Assembly: GCA_964415175.1 (NCBI GenBank) | Contig: CAYPYG010000001.1 | Location: forward strand, 17,975-81,974 | Reading direction: 5' to 3' | DNA from: an uncultured Elusimicrobiaceae bacterium | GTDB taxonomy: Bacteria > Elusimicrobiota > Elusimicrobia > Elusimicrobiales > UBA9959 | Length of the DNA: 64,000 nucleotides | In this document: positions 36,920-45,639 of the stretch, one piece after another | How positions within the stretch are numbered: position 1 is the stretch's first letter | Layout: the number at the start of each line of letters is the position of its first letter | Notes under the pieces: generated by a model | Databases searched by the model: none | What the model was told of the DNA's origin: nothing | Seen by the model: only the letters and a program-made list of their open reading frames with translations | Translations under genes and position numbers: made by a program

Positions 36920-39900
36920 GTGAAAAAAGTCCTGCCGCTCATACTTCTTCTTTCGGCCGCCCCGTCGCGGGCGGAGGAGCACTATTCCGCTCCCCCTCCG
37001 CCGCCGTCCGGCAGGTTCCTGCTGCTCGACAGGGAGGACTCCTCCTCCCTTTTCCCGCCGGCCGCCGAAGAGGAGGCCGGGCCGGAGAGCGGAGAGGGCG
37101 GACTGGACCGGCTGCTGGACCGCCTGCCGGTCTCGGACTATTCCCAGGAGAGGTGGAACAAGGTCCGCGGCGACATCGAGACCGGCCGCTTCCAGCGGGA
37201 GGAAACGCCGCCGCTGGCCCGCGTGGCCGTCTCCACCGACACCCCGCTGTCCCCTCCGCCGGAACTGGAGTTCAGGGAATCGGGCACCACGCTCTCCCTG
37301 ACGGGCCGCAAGGTCATCGGCTTCAACTACAGCGGCAAACGCTACATGAAGGAACAGACCACCGTCATACGGCCGCGCTCGCTGAGCCTTTTCGAGATAA
37401 GCCAGCAGCTGCAGGTGCGCATGCAGGGCAAGGTCGGGCAGAAGATAACCGTCAACGTGGACTACGACGACACCAAGGAGGACAGGCAGGACATCTCCGT
37501 CGTCTACCAGGGCGATCCCAACGAGGTCGTGCAGAACGTCTCGTTCGGCGACATAGACCTTTCCCTGCCCTCGACCGAGTTCGTTTCCTACAACAAGCAG
37601 CTCTTCGGCATCAGGGCCGACCTGCGCGCCAAGGGCTTCGCGCTGACCTTCATCGGCTCGCGCACCAAGGGCCAGACCAAGGTGAAGCAGTACACCGGCA
37701 ACACGCAGTTCCAGACCGTGGACGTCCAGGACGTCAACTACCTGCGCCGGCGCTACTACGACGTGGCCTTCCGCGATTACGCCTATTTCCCCTCCTCCGA
37801 GGGACTCCCGGCGGGCCGGCTGCCCATCAAACCCGGCTCCGAGTCCGTCTACATAGACCGGCAGAGCGCGGCCGCCGTCGACAATATCACGATCTCCTCG
37901 ATAACCGCCGACGACCTGGCGCTGCAGACAACGACCTACACCGGCCGTTTCCAGCGGCTCAGCCCCGGCATCGACTACACGATGGACTACTCCAAGGGCA
38001 TACTGACCTTCAGCCAGACGCTGAACGTCCAGGACGTCGTCATCATAGACTACGTCAACGCGAACGGCACGCTGCTCTCGCAGAACACCTCTTCCATAAC
38101 GGTCAACACCGGCGGCACCCTGCGGCCCAAGCTGGTCAAGACCCGCAACGACGCCCCGATCAACTCCGGTTCGCTGACCGACGACGATTTCGCCGCCCAG
38201 GCCGGCTGGAACCGCGAGATAAAGACCTATTATTCGATAGGCCAGACCAACCTGGTGCGCGACGACGGCCGCGGCAGCTTCACGCTCAAGCTGCAGGACT
38301 TCAACCGCAACGAGGTCTCCGCGCCGGGCACCGACGGCAACCCGGTAAAATACCCCGACAACATAGAAGTGGACTTCGAGCAGGGCGTCTTCAAGCTCAA
38401 ATACCCTTTCCAGGACCCGGAACTGGCCGGCACGGCCGACCGGCAGATCTATTCGGCCGCCCCGGCCGCGCGGCGGCTCTTCCGCGTGGAGTATTCCTAC
38501 AGGTTCAAGACCTTCCTGCTGGAGCCCTCCATAGTCGTGAATTCCGAGATCGTGACCGTGGACAAGCAGAGGCTGCGCAAGAACGAGGAATACTTCATCG
38601 ACTACGACTCGGGCTTCATCACCTTCTACTACCCCGACCGCATAGGCCAGAACAGCGCGATAGAGATCAGCTACGAGGTCTCGCCCTTCGGAGGGGCCGG
38701 CAATCTCTCGCTGGTGGGCGGCCGCGTGTCCTACGACTTCGGCTCCAGGCTCTCGCTGGGCAGTTCGCTCCTCTACCAGGGCGGCATCAAGGCCAAGTCC
38801 GTGCCCAGCGTGACCGACCTGACCAGCAGCATGTTCGTCTACGAGGGCGACGTACAGCTCAAGAACCTCAACCTCTTCGGCCTGAGGATGACCCTGGGCG
38901 GCGAGATAGCCCAGTCCAGGCTCAACCCCAACCTCAACGACTACGCGCTGGTGGACAACATGGAGGGCGTCAAGCAGGAGGATGCGCCCTCCATGGACAG
39001 GAACTTCTGGTTCATAGCGGCCAACCCGCCCGGCTCGGTCGACACTTCGGCGGACCCGGCGTCGGTCGCCTGGAACACCGTGGAGATCAAGGCGCGCGAC
39101 ATAAACCCTTCGGCCACTTCCGACGGGACGCAGCAGGTCCTCTCGGTCTCCTACGACTTCACGCTCTCCAACGAGGTCTCCATCGTCTACCCGCTTTCGG
39201 CGACCGGGCTGGACTTCACCCAGAAGACGGCGCTCGAGATGGTGCTGCAGGGCCAGGGCGCCGGCGGACCGGAGGTGAACCTGCACTTCGGCCAGATAGA
39301 CGAGGACGCGGACGGACGCGGCGGACAGAACTTCGCCTGCTCCAGCGGACTGGCGCTGTTCGGAGCGCCCAGAAGCGAGGACCTCAACTGCGACGGCCAG
39401 CTCTCCAGCACGGAGGACATCGGCTGGGAATACGCGCCGGCCGGCAAGGGCTCCACGCGCTACGGGGCCAATAACGGACGCATAGACTCGGCCGACCTCA
39501 ACCGCAACGGCCGCCTGGACCCGCAGGACTTCAGCGGCGGTTCTTTCGGCTATGTCACCGGCACCAAGTTCACCGACACCACGGATTCCGCCCAGAAGAA
39601 CGCGGTGGATTCAACGGAGTGGCGCACCTGGAACATGCCGCTGTTCATCGCCTCCACCGAGACCTACAAGTGGAACGCGGTCAAGCAGCTGCGCCTGACG
39701 CTGCGCAAGGCGGCGGGCGGCTCCAATTCGGGCACGGTGCGCTTCGCGCGCATCGCGGCCGTCGGCAACACCTGGACGGTGCAGCAGAGCACGACCACGG
39801 GGACCCTGCAGCTCCTGGGCGTCAACAACATCGACAATCCCACCTATGTGCCCATCTACAGCGTGGGCGGACCCCCGTCGCAGGTCTACAACTCCCTTTA

Positions 39901-42301
39901 CGGCTCGGTCTCGGAGCAGCGCGAGCGGACGAATTCCTCCAATGTCAGCGAGCAGGCCCTCTCCGTCTCCTACAATTCGGTGGTCTCGACCTCCACGGTC
40001 TACGCCTACCGCAAGTTCCCGCAGGCGCTGGACATCTCGCAGCACGAGGAGTTCCGCTTCCTGCTCTACGACAACGCCACGCCCAACGCCAGTTTCTATC
40101 TGAAGATCGGCGACGAGAACAGCTACTTCAAGGCCTCGGTGGCCCCGGCGGCTTCGGCGGGCTGGCGGCTGATCACGCTGCGCCAGGAGGACGTCAACGG
40201 CGACAAGATCCCGGACGTCTGGACCAACGCGAGCCCCTACGCCGTGGAGATCTCCTCCCGCGGCAATCCCAGCCTGCAGCAGGTCTCGGGCATACTGATA
40301 GGCGCGGAGACCGCCGCGGGCCAGCAGAGCGGCACCTTCTACCTCAACGAGATCCACCTGGCCAAGCCTCTTATGCGCGTCGGCGAGGCCCGCAAGGCCG
40401 AGGCTTCGTTCGAGATCCCCGGCTGGATGACCTTCGGCGGCAAGCACCGCGAGACGGACCGCAACTTCCAGACCCCGGTCTCGGTCATCTCCAACCAGGA
40501 CAACGAGCAGCAGACGGCTTACCTCAATTTCAACAGGCTCTCCTTCTTCCCGCTCGCTTTCACCGGCGCCCGCCAGGTCACGGTCACGCCCAACACCTAC
40601 GTCACCGGCGGCAGCAGCCTGGTGACATTGCTGCAGCAGGGGCGGGTGAAGAAGCTCGACGGAACGGCGGCCGGCAATCTCTCGCTGGGCGGCCTGCCCA
40701 GGATCTCGCTGAATTACGCCGGCAACAGGACCGAGTACGACCTGCTCAAGCGCGACGACAGCAGGGACGTCTATTCCGGCGCCCTGACCTACAGTCCGCC
40801 GCTGCAGTTCTTCCTGCTGCCGCGCACGCTGAGCCTCACCTACTCGCTGACCAGCAGCCGCGTGGACTACCGGACGGAGGAACTGGACTCGCTGGACGGC
40901 CTGTACCGCACCGAGGAGCGCGTCGACGCCTACGGGGCCCGGCTGAACTTCGTCCCCTGGCGGGGCTCCACCTTCAACCCCTCCTACAACCTGCAGGAAA
41001 CGCGCGAAAAGAAGGACGAGCTCTTCAGCGGCAACAGTTACGATTATCCCAAGGCCCGTCAGCAGACCGTCGACTTCAACTCCAACTTCCTGCTGGCGCG
41101 CTGGTTCAACCCGGCCGTCAACTACTCGGTCACGACGATGGAGAACAACAATATCGTCGTCACGACCGTGACCGTCGTGACCTCCTCGGCGGTCTACTCG
41201 CCCGGCGAGATCAAGACCGTCAACCGCACGGCGCAGGGCGGCGTGAGCCTGAACTTCAGCATGAACGATCTCACGCCCCGGAACCGCCTGCTCCGCTCGC
41301 TGGTGGTCTCCTCCAACTTCCAGATACAGGACGGCGATTCCTGGCAGAACGTCGAGCGGGACTACGACACGGCCAACAAGCTCTGGGTCCGGGAGAGCCT
41401 GCGGCCGCGCAACGCCCTGGCGCTGAGGAGCTCTCTCACTACGCGCGACACGTTCACCTCCAACCAGAGGTGGCAGCCGCTGGAGGGCTACGCCCTCAAG
41501 GGCCGGCTCGCGCCGCTCTCCACCATCTCGATAACTAACAATTTCTCCAGCACCTACCAGAAATCGGACGTGACCGGCACCAGGTCGCGGGTCTCGAACC
41601 GGACGTTCCCCGACGCCATAATCTCCATCTCCAAGCTCGAGGTGCTGGCCGGCGCGCAGTCCTGGGCGCGCAACGCCACGATGAACGTCAAGTACTCCAA
41701 CAATACCAACGAGACCAGGACCATCAGCCTGGACCTCACCCGCTCCTACGGGACGGACCTGCGCTTCCGCCTGCTGGAGAAGGTAGACACCGCCCTGAGC
41801 TACAATTACCGCTTTACCGAGAGGAAGGACCTGCGCCGCGGCCAGGTGACGCAGAGCGCCGAGCACCACGACGCCACGGTGCAGGGGACTTTCGACTACC
41901 GCAAGTTCCGCTTCACCCCAAAAGTGGACTACTCGCTGGACTACGGCAAGACCGCGCTCGGCGTGGTCAACCAGGACCTGACCGTCATGACCCCCAGCCT
42001 GCTGATCAAGACCGACTTCCAGGCGCCCAAGGGGCTTCGCCTGCCTTTCATGAAGCAGGCCGTGGTCTTCAGCAACCGCATAGTCTGGACCACCACGCTC
42101 AGCTACGCCATCCGCAAATCTCCCATCGTGGTGGCGGAGAACAACAGGCTGTTCTCCATGAACACCACCGCCGATTACGAGGCGGCCAAGAACCTGCGCC
42201 TCGCCTTCAACGCTTCGGTGCAGCGGCTCTGGCACAAGTATCTGCACCAGGAAGACTACCTTTCCTACACCGCCGGCAGCACGCTGACGTTCCAGTTCTA
42301 G
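36920..42301 (+). CDS. Giant (1793 aa) outer-membrane beta-barrel protein, SprA/Sov-like
   Basis: Signal peptide MKKVLPLILLLSAAPSRA; C-terminal ...TLTFQF. The N-terminal blocks MQGKVGQKITVNVDYDD and KQLFGIRADL...TFIGSRTKGQ...YLRRRYYDVAF resemble the SprA N-terminal region as I recall it. Confidence 0.6.
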   Translation: MKKVLPLILLLSAAPSRAEEHYSAPPPPPSGRFLLLDREDSSSLFPPAAEEEAGPESGEGGLDRLLDRLPVSDYSQERWNKVRGDIETGRFQREETPPLARVAVSTDTPLSPPPELEFRESGTTLSLTGRKVIGFNYSGKRYMKEQTTVIRPRSLSLFEISQQLQVRMQGKVGQKITVNVDYDDTKEDRQDISVVYQGDPNEVVQNVSFGDIDLSLPSTEFVSYNKQLFGIRADLRAKGFALTFIGSRTKGQTKVKQYTGNTQFQTVDVQDVNYLRRRYYDVAFRDYAYFPSSEGLPAGRLPIKPGSESVYIDRQSAAAVDNITISSITADDLALQTTTYTGRFQRLSPGIDYTMDYSKGILTFSQTLNVQDVVIIDYVNANGTLLSQNTSSITVNTGGTLRPKLVKTRNDAPINSGSLTDDDFAAQAGWNREIKTYYSIGQTNLVRDDGRGSFTLKLQDFNRNEVSAPGTDGNPVKYPDNIEVDFEQGVFKLKYPFQDPELAGTADRQIYSAAPAARRLFRVEYSYRFKTFLLEPSIVVNSEIVTVDKQRLRKNEEYFIDYDSGFITFYYPDRIGQNSAIEISYEVSPFGGAGNLSLVGGRVSYDFGSRLSLGSSLLYQGGIKAKSVPSVTDLTSSMFVYEGDVQLKNLNLFGLRMTLGGEIAQSRLNPNLNDYALVDNMEGVKQEDAPSMDRNFWFIAANPPGSVDTSADPASVAWNTVEIKARDINPSATSDGTQQVLSVSYDFTLSNEVSIVYPLSATGLDFTQKTALEMVLQGQGAGGPEVNLHFGQIDEDADGRGGQNFACSSGLALFGAPRSEDLNCDGQLSSTEDIGWEYAPAGKGSTRYGANNGRIDSADLNRNGRLDPQDFSGGSFGYVTGTKFTDTTDSAQKNAVDSTEWRTWNMPLFIASTETYKWNAVKQLRLTLRKAAGGSNSGTVRFARIAAVGNTWTVQQSTTTGTLQLLGVNNIDNPTYVPIYSVGGPPSQVYNSLYGSVSEQRERTNSSNVSEQALSVSYNSVVSTSTVYAYRKFPQALDISQHEEFRFLLYDNATPNASFYLKIGDENSYFKASVAPAASAGWRLITLRQEDVNGDKIPDVWTNASPYAVEISSRGNPSLQQVSGILIGAETAAGQQSGTFYLNEIHLAKPLMRVGEARKAEASFEIPGWMTFGGKHRETDRNFQTPVSVISNQDNEQQTAYLNFNRLSFFPLAFTGARQVTVTPNTYVTGGSSLVTLLQQGRVKKLDGTAAGNLSLGGLPRISLNYAGNRTEYDLLKRDDSRDVYSGALTYSPPLQFFLLPRTLSLTYSLTSSRVDYRTEELDSLDGLYRTEERVDAYGARLNFVPWRGSTFNPSYNLQETREKKDELFSGNSYDYPKARQQTVDFNSNFLLARWFNPAVNYSVTTMENNNIVVTTVTVVTSSAVYSPGEIKTVNRTAQGGVSLNFSMNDLTPRNRLLRSLVVSSNFQIQDGDSWQNVERDYDTANKLWVRESLRPRNALALRSSLTTRDTFTSNQRWQPLEGYALKGRLAPLSTISITNNFSSTYQKSDVTGTRSRVSNRTFPDAIISISKLEVLAGAQSWARNATMNVKYSNNTNETRTISLDLTRSYGTDLRFRLLEKVDTALSYNYRFTERKDLRRGQVTQSAEHHDATVQGTFDYRKFRFTPKVDYSLDYGKTALGVVNQDLTVMTPSLLIKTDFQAPKGLRLPFMKQAVVFSNRIVWTTTLSYAIRKSPIVVAENNRLFSMNTTADYEAAKNLRLAFNASVQRLWHKYLHQEDYLSYTAGSTLTFQF

Positions 42302-42334
42302 CGGGAAAGGACGGGGGCCGGGGGAAGAAGCGCC

Positions 42335-43051
42335 ATGGGGCTGAACTTCAAAGGACTCGGGATAAGACTGCTGGGCGTGCTCCTGCCCCGCACCTGCGTC
42401 CACTGCGCCGAGGACCTGCCCGCCGCTTCGGAGCGGCCGCTGTGCGCGGACTGCCTGGCCGCCCTGGAAAGGCCGGGACCCCCGCTCTGCGGCCGCTGCG
42501 GTCTGCCGCTGCGGTCCGCGGAGGTCTGCCGGTCCTGCCGGGGACCGCGGCCCCCTTTCGACCTGGCCAGGTCGGCGTTCCTTTTCAACCCTCCGCTGCG
42601 CTCGCTCCTGCACGCCTTCAAATACTCCGGCCGCCGGGACCTGGCGCGGCCGCTGGCGCTCATGATGGCGTCGGAACTGGCGCTTCTCGAGGAGCTCACC
42701 CCGTTCCGGACGGTGCTGCCGGTCCCGCTGCATCCCTCGAGGGAGCGGCGGCGCGGCTACAACCAGTCGGCGCTGCTCGCCCGCGGCCTGGCCGAAGCCG
42801 CCGGCCTTTCTTTCGCGGAGGACCTGCTGACGCGGGAGCGGGAGACGCGCCCGCAGGTGGACCTGAAGCGCAGGGAGAGGCTGGAGAACGTGCGCTGGGC
42901 CTTCCGCGCCGCGCCGGGCGCGGCCGGAGGCAGTTTCCTGCTGGTGGACGACGTGGCCACCACGCTGGCGACCGCCGGGGACGCCGCGCGGGCGCTGAAA
43001 GAGGCCGGCGCGGCCGCCGCGGCCGTGTTCACGCTGGCGCGGGAGCCCTGA
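42335..43051 (+). CDS. comF: ComF family protein (phosphoribosyltransferase domain with N-terminal Cys4)
   Basis: CVHC...CADC...CGRC Zn-ribbon-like motifs; FLLVDDVATTLAT PRTase motif. Confidence 0.8.
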   Translation: MGLNFKGLGIRLLGVLLPRTCVHCAEDLPAASERPLCADCLAALERPGPPLCGRCGLPLRSAEVCRSCRGPRPPFDLARSAFLFNPPLRSLLHAFKYSGRRDLARPLALMMASELALLEELTPFRTVLPVPLHPSRERRRGYNQSALLARGLAEAAGLSFAEDLLTRERETRPQVDLKRRERLENVRWAFRAAPGAAGGSFLLVDDVATTLATAGDAARALKEAGAAAAAVFTLAREP

Positions 43052-43052
43052 A

Positions 43053-44540
43053 TCAGAATTCTATGTCGAAGATGTAGGAGGCGTAAGGCGGGACGTTCTC
43101 CAGGCGCAGCCCCTCTTTAAGCGAATCGGAATCAAAGGAAAAGAAACGGTCGGAGAGCTGTTCGAAAACGGCCGTGGTCTCGCCGGAAGTCCGTATCTTC
43201 ACGTTCACCACTCCGCAGACCGGCGCGGGCGAGTAGTTGACCACCACGATCTTCAGCGTGCGCCGCTGCGCCCAGCTCCAGGCCAGGATGTTGACAAAGC
43301 TCCGGTCCTCCTTAGAACAGGGCCGCACGTCCAGCAGCGTCCATTCGCCGCCGTGGAAAGCGGGGTGGTCCACGATCTTGAGCAGTTTCTCGTAGAACTT
43401 CTTCACGGCCAGGTCCGGCTCGAGGGAAATGTCCTTGAGCTGCAGGGGCACGCGCCGCCGCAGGCCGCTCAGCTGGGAATCGGAATAAAAGCGCAGGCCT
43501 TTGATGGTGGAGATCACCGCGGCCGCCGCCTGCGCGCGCGGCCAGCCGAAGGCCTCGACGGAGGGATCTTCGTCGTGATTGTCGATGAAGCGTACCGAGC
43601 GCTTCTGGTAGAGCTTCTCGGCGCGCAGGTGGCCGCGCACCTCGTCGGCGCCCAGGGAGCGCAGGCGGTCGTAGACGACCTTGTCGTAGGTATAGTCGAA
43701 CCCCAGCTGCTGCAGCCGCCACTCCAGGCCCCAGTAGACCTCGGCGAGGAAGACGAACTCCGGGTGCTCCTCCTTGACGGCCTTTATGGCCGTCTCCCAG
43801 AACTCCTTCCCGGGCCGCCGGAAGCCGGCGCGCTCCAGCAGCGGGCCCCAGGTGCCCTCGTGTATGTCGTTGAGCGTCAGCATGACCATGTCGCAGCGCA
43901 CGCCGTCGCACATCCCGGCCACTTCCAGCAGCTGCTTCGTCATCTTCTCCCTGGTCTCGGGGTGGAAATAGTTCAGCTGCACGCTGTCGGTCCAGGCGGG
44001 GAAGTTGGGGTCCCGCGCGTAGGCCACATAGGCCTTGCCGTCCGGAGTGTCCAGCTCGAAGAACCAGTCCGGGCGCGCCTTATAGTCGTCGGCCGTCCCC
44101 TTAACGAAGCAGTGCAGGCACTCCTTCAGGCAGGGATTGTCGCGCGCGACGTGGTTGGAGACGAAATCCAGCAGCAGTTTCATCCCCATCGCGTTGAGCT
44201 TCTCGCGCAGGGCCTTCAGCTCCCACTCGAAACCGAGCGCGGGGTTGAGCTTGTACTCGTAGATGGAATATGGGGAGGCGTCCAGGTTCTCGTCGGTGCC
44301 GGCTATCGAGACGGCCTCCTCGCGCAGCGCCGGGGTCTCGCGCGCTATACGGGCCGACCCGGGGCTCGGCGTCCAGACGCCCATCAGCCAGACCATATCG
44401 AAGCCCAGGTGCCGCAGGGCCTCCCATTCCTCGTCGGGAATGGTGGAGATCGTCATGTCCGGGGAGGCGTACTTCCGCCGCAGGCCGTTGAGCCAGACGC
44501 GCGTGTTGATCTCCATGAGGTGGGGGTTCGCTCTCAGCAT
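43053..44540 (-). CDS. Cytoplasmic alpha-amylase-family (GH13-like) enzyme
   Basis: DFVSNHV, GVRCDMVM, FLAEVYW and FIDNHDE correspond to GH13 conserved regions I-IV; no signal peptide. Confidence 0.75.
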   Translation of the reverse strand: MLRANPHLMEINTRVWLNGLRRKYASPDMTISTIPDEEWEALRHLGFDMVWLMGVWTPSPGSARIARETPALREEAVSIAGTDENLDASPYSIYEYKLNPALGFEWELKALREKLNAMGMKLLLDFVSNHVARDNPCLKECLHCFVKGTADDYKARPDWFFELDTPDGKAYVAYARDPNFPAWTDSVQLNYFHPETREKMTKQLLEVAGMCDGVRCDMVMLTLNDIHEGTWGPLLERAGFRRPGKEFWETAIKAVKEEHPEFVFLAEVYWGLEWRLQQLGFDYTYDKVVYDRLRSLGADEVRGHLRAEKLYQKRSVRFIDNHDEDPSVEAFGWPRAQAAAAVISTIKGLRFYSDSQLSGLRRRVPLQLKDISLEPDLAVKKFYEKLLKIVDHPAFHGGEWTLLDVRPCSKEDRSFVNILAWSWAQRRTLKIVVVNYSPAPVCGVVNVKIRTSGETTAVFEQLSDRFFSFDSDSLKEGLRLENVPPYASYIFDIEF

Positions 44541-44541
44541 C

Positions 44542-45486
44542 TCACTCCCCCGCCCTGAAAACGGGCCCGAGCCATTTCGCCGCCAGGGCCAGGGTCATGA
44601 ACGACAGCAGCACGATCATCGCCGCGCCGGTCAGGATGACCCGCTTGATCCAGCCGGTGCCGGAACGGGACTCCAGGCCCGCGGCGGAGGCCAGTTCGTA
44701 CACCCACCAGCGCGTGCCGGGCACCGCCGCCGCGGCGATGAGCAGGTCCTCTCCGCGATGGGTGGAAGCTATCCTGGCCGAGGAAAGTCCGCGGCCGGAA
44801 GCGCGCCCGACCAGTTCCAGGACCGGCTCCGGCGACTTCAGCCCCGGTTTGAGCAGGGAACGGCCGGCGGAATCGGCTATGGTCTGGCCGCCCGCGTCGA
44901 GCAGGGCGGTGACGCCGAGCGAGCCCTTTCCGCTGACGCGGAAAAAAGCGGAGGTCTTCGCCAGGCTGATGCGGGAAAGGACCGCTCCCTGCGGTTTGCC
45001 GTCCTTCAGCAGCGGCTCGGCCAGCACCAGCACAGGCGGCATATCCTCGAAATACTCCACGGCCCCGGCCGGACCGCCGGATCCCTTCATGGCGGTGAAA
45101 ACGGGGCTGGAGGAATAATCCTGCAGCGGCGCCTTATCCTCTCCCGTGCGGGCTATCTCCCTGCCGGAACCGTCGAGCAGCGAGAAATGGAGGTAAAGGC
45201 CCCGGTTCTCGCCGGCTAGCCTGCCGAGGCGGCGCTTCTTCTCCTCGCGCGAGGCGGAGACGAAGGCCTTGCCCCGTATCTCTTCCAGCGGGGCGGCGGC
45301 GGCGACCAGGTGCTCGGCCAGCGTCCCGGCTATCAGCCGGGTGCGCAGTTCCATGTAATTCAGGGTGTCCCGCCTGAGAGCGGCGCGGCTGGTGCGCAGG
45401 AAGTGGGAGGAAAGGACCAGGAACGGGGTTAGGAACATGACCGCCACGACGGCCACGAAAGCCCATTTAGGTTTGACCAAAGTCAT
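44542..45486 (-). CDS. Two-TM protein with Cache-like periplasmic domain and no cytoplasmic output domain
   Basis: TM1 near the N-terminus, a ~250-aa extracytoplasmic region with a Cache-like pattern, then TM2 followed by only ~12 residues. Confidence 0.5.
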   Translation of the reverse strand: MTLVKPKWAFVAVVAVMFLTPFLVLSSHFLRTSRAALRRDTLNYMELRTRLIAGTLAEHLVAAAAPLEEIRGKAFVSASREEKKRRLGRLAGENRGLYLHFSLLDGSGREIARTGEDKAPLQDYSSSPVFTAMKGSGGPAGAVEYFEDMPPVLVLAEPLLKDGKPQGAVLSRISLAKTSAFFRVSGKGSLGVTALLDAGGQTIADSAGRSLLKPGLKSPEPVLELVGRASGRGLSSARIASTHRGEDLLIAAAAVPGTRWWVYELASAAGLESRSGTGWIKRVILTGAAMIVLLSFMTLALAAKWLGPVFRAGE

Positions 45487-45524
45487 ATCGGACCCCTCCC
45501 CGGAATGATAGCAAAAAAACCTCG

Positions 45525-45533
45525 TGCTATAAT
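45525..45533 (+). promoter_or_regulatory. Extended -10 box TGCTATAAT immediately upstream of palindromic element copy B
   Basis: Consensus motif; the predicted transcription start falls within the first bases of the left arm. Confidence 0.4.
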
Positions 45534-45535
45534 AG

Positions 45536-45632
45536 AGGGGACGCTGATTCCTAAATGCCTAATTGGCGGGACATTCGCCGATCATGATGATCGAGCCGTA
45601 CGGAATCAGGCATTTAGGAATCAGCGTCCCCT
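45536..45632. repeat. Palindromic element copy B: perfect 25-bp inverted repeat (AGGGGACGCTGATTCCTAAATGCCT / reverse complement) with a 47-nt loop
   Basis: Arms 45536-45560 and 45608-45632 are exact reverse complements. They differ from copy A by one base, changed in both arms. Confidence 0.9.
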
Positions 45633-45639
45633 ATCCCTT

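Noticed and set aside
36857-42733. 809-aa and 1040-aa minus-strand ORFs, plus 773-aa and 639-aa plus-strand alternate-frame ORFs, overlapping the giant OMP gene.
   Set aside because: They have the same shadow-ORF character. The plus-frame 36920-42301 product has a signal peptide, a beta-barrel-like composition and a C-terminal aromatic residue, whereas the alternatives are Arg/Gly/Pro-rich.
45505-45639. N-terminal 45-codon extension of the rlmD-like gene reading through the palindromic element. Similar upstream extensions start at 4390, 11826, 15836, 28744, 32478, 55595, 2213 and 50613.
   Set aside because: The extensions lack homology-like features and cross promoters, palindromes or neighbouring genes. 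Internal starts coincide with RBS, overlap-coupling or leaderless geometry, and with the expected N-termini of the families.
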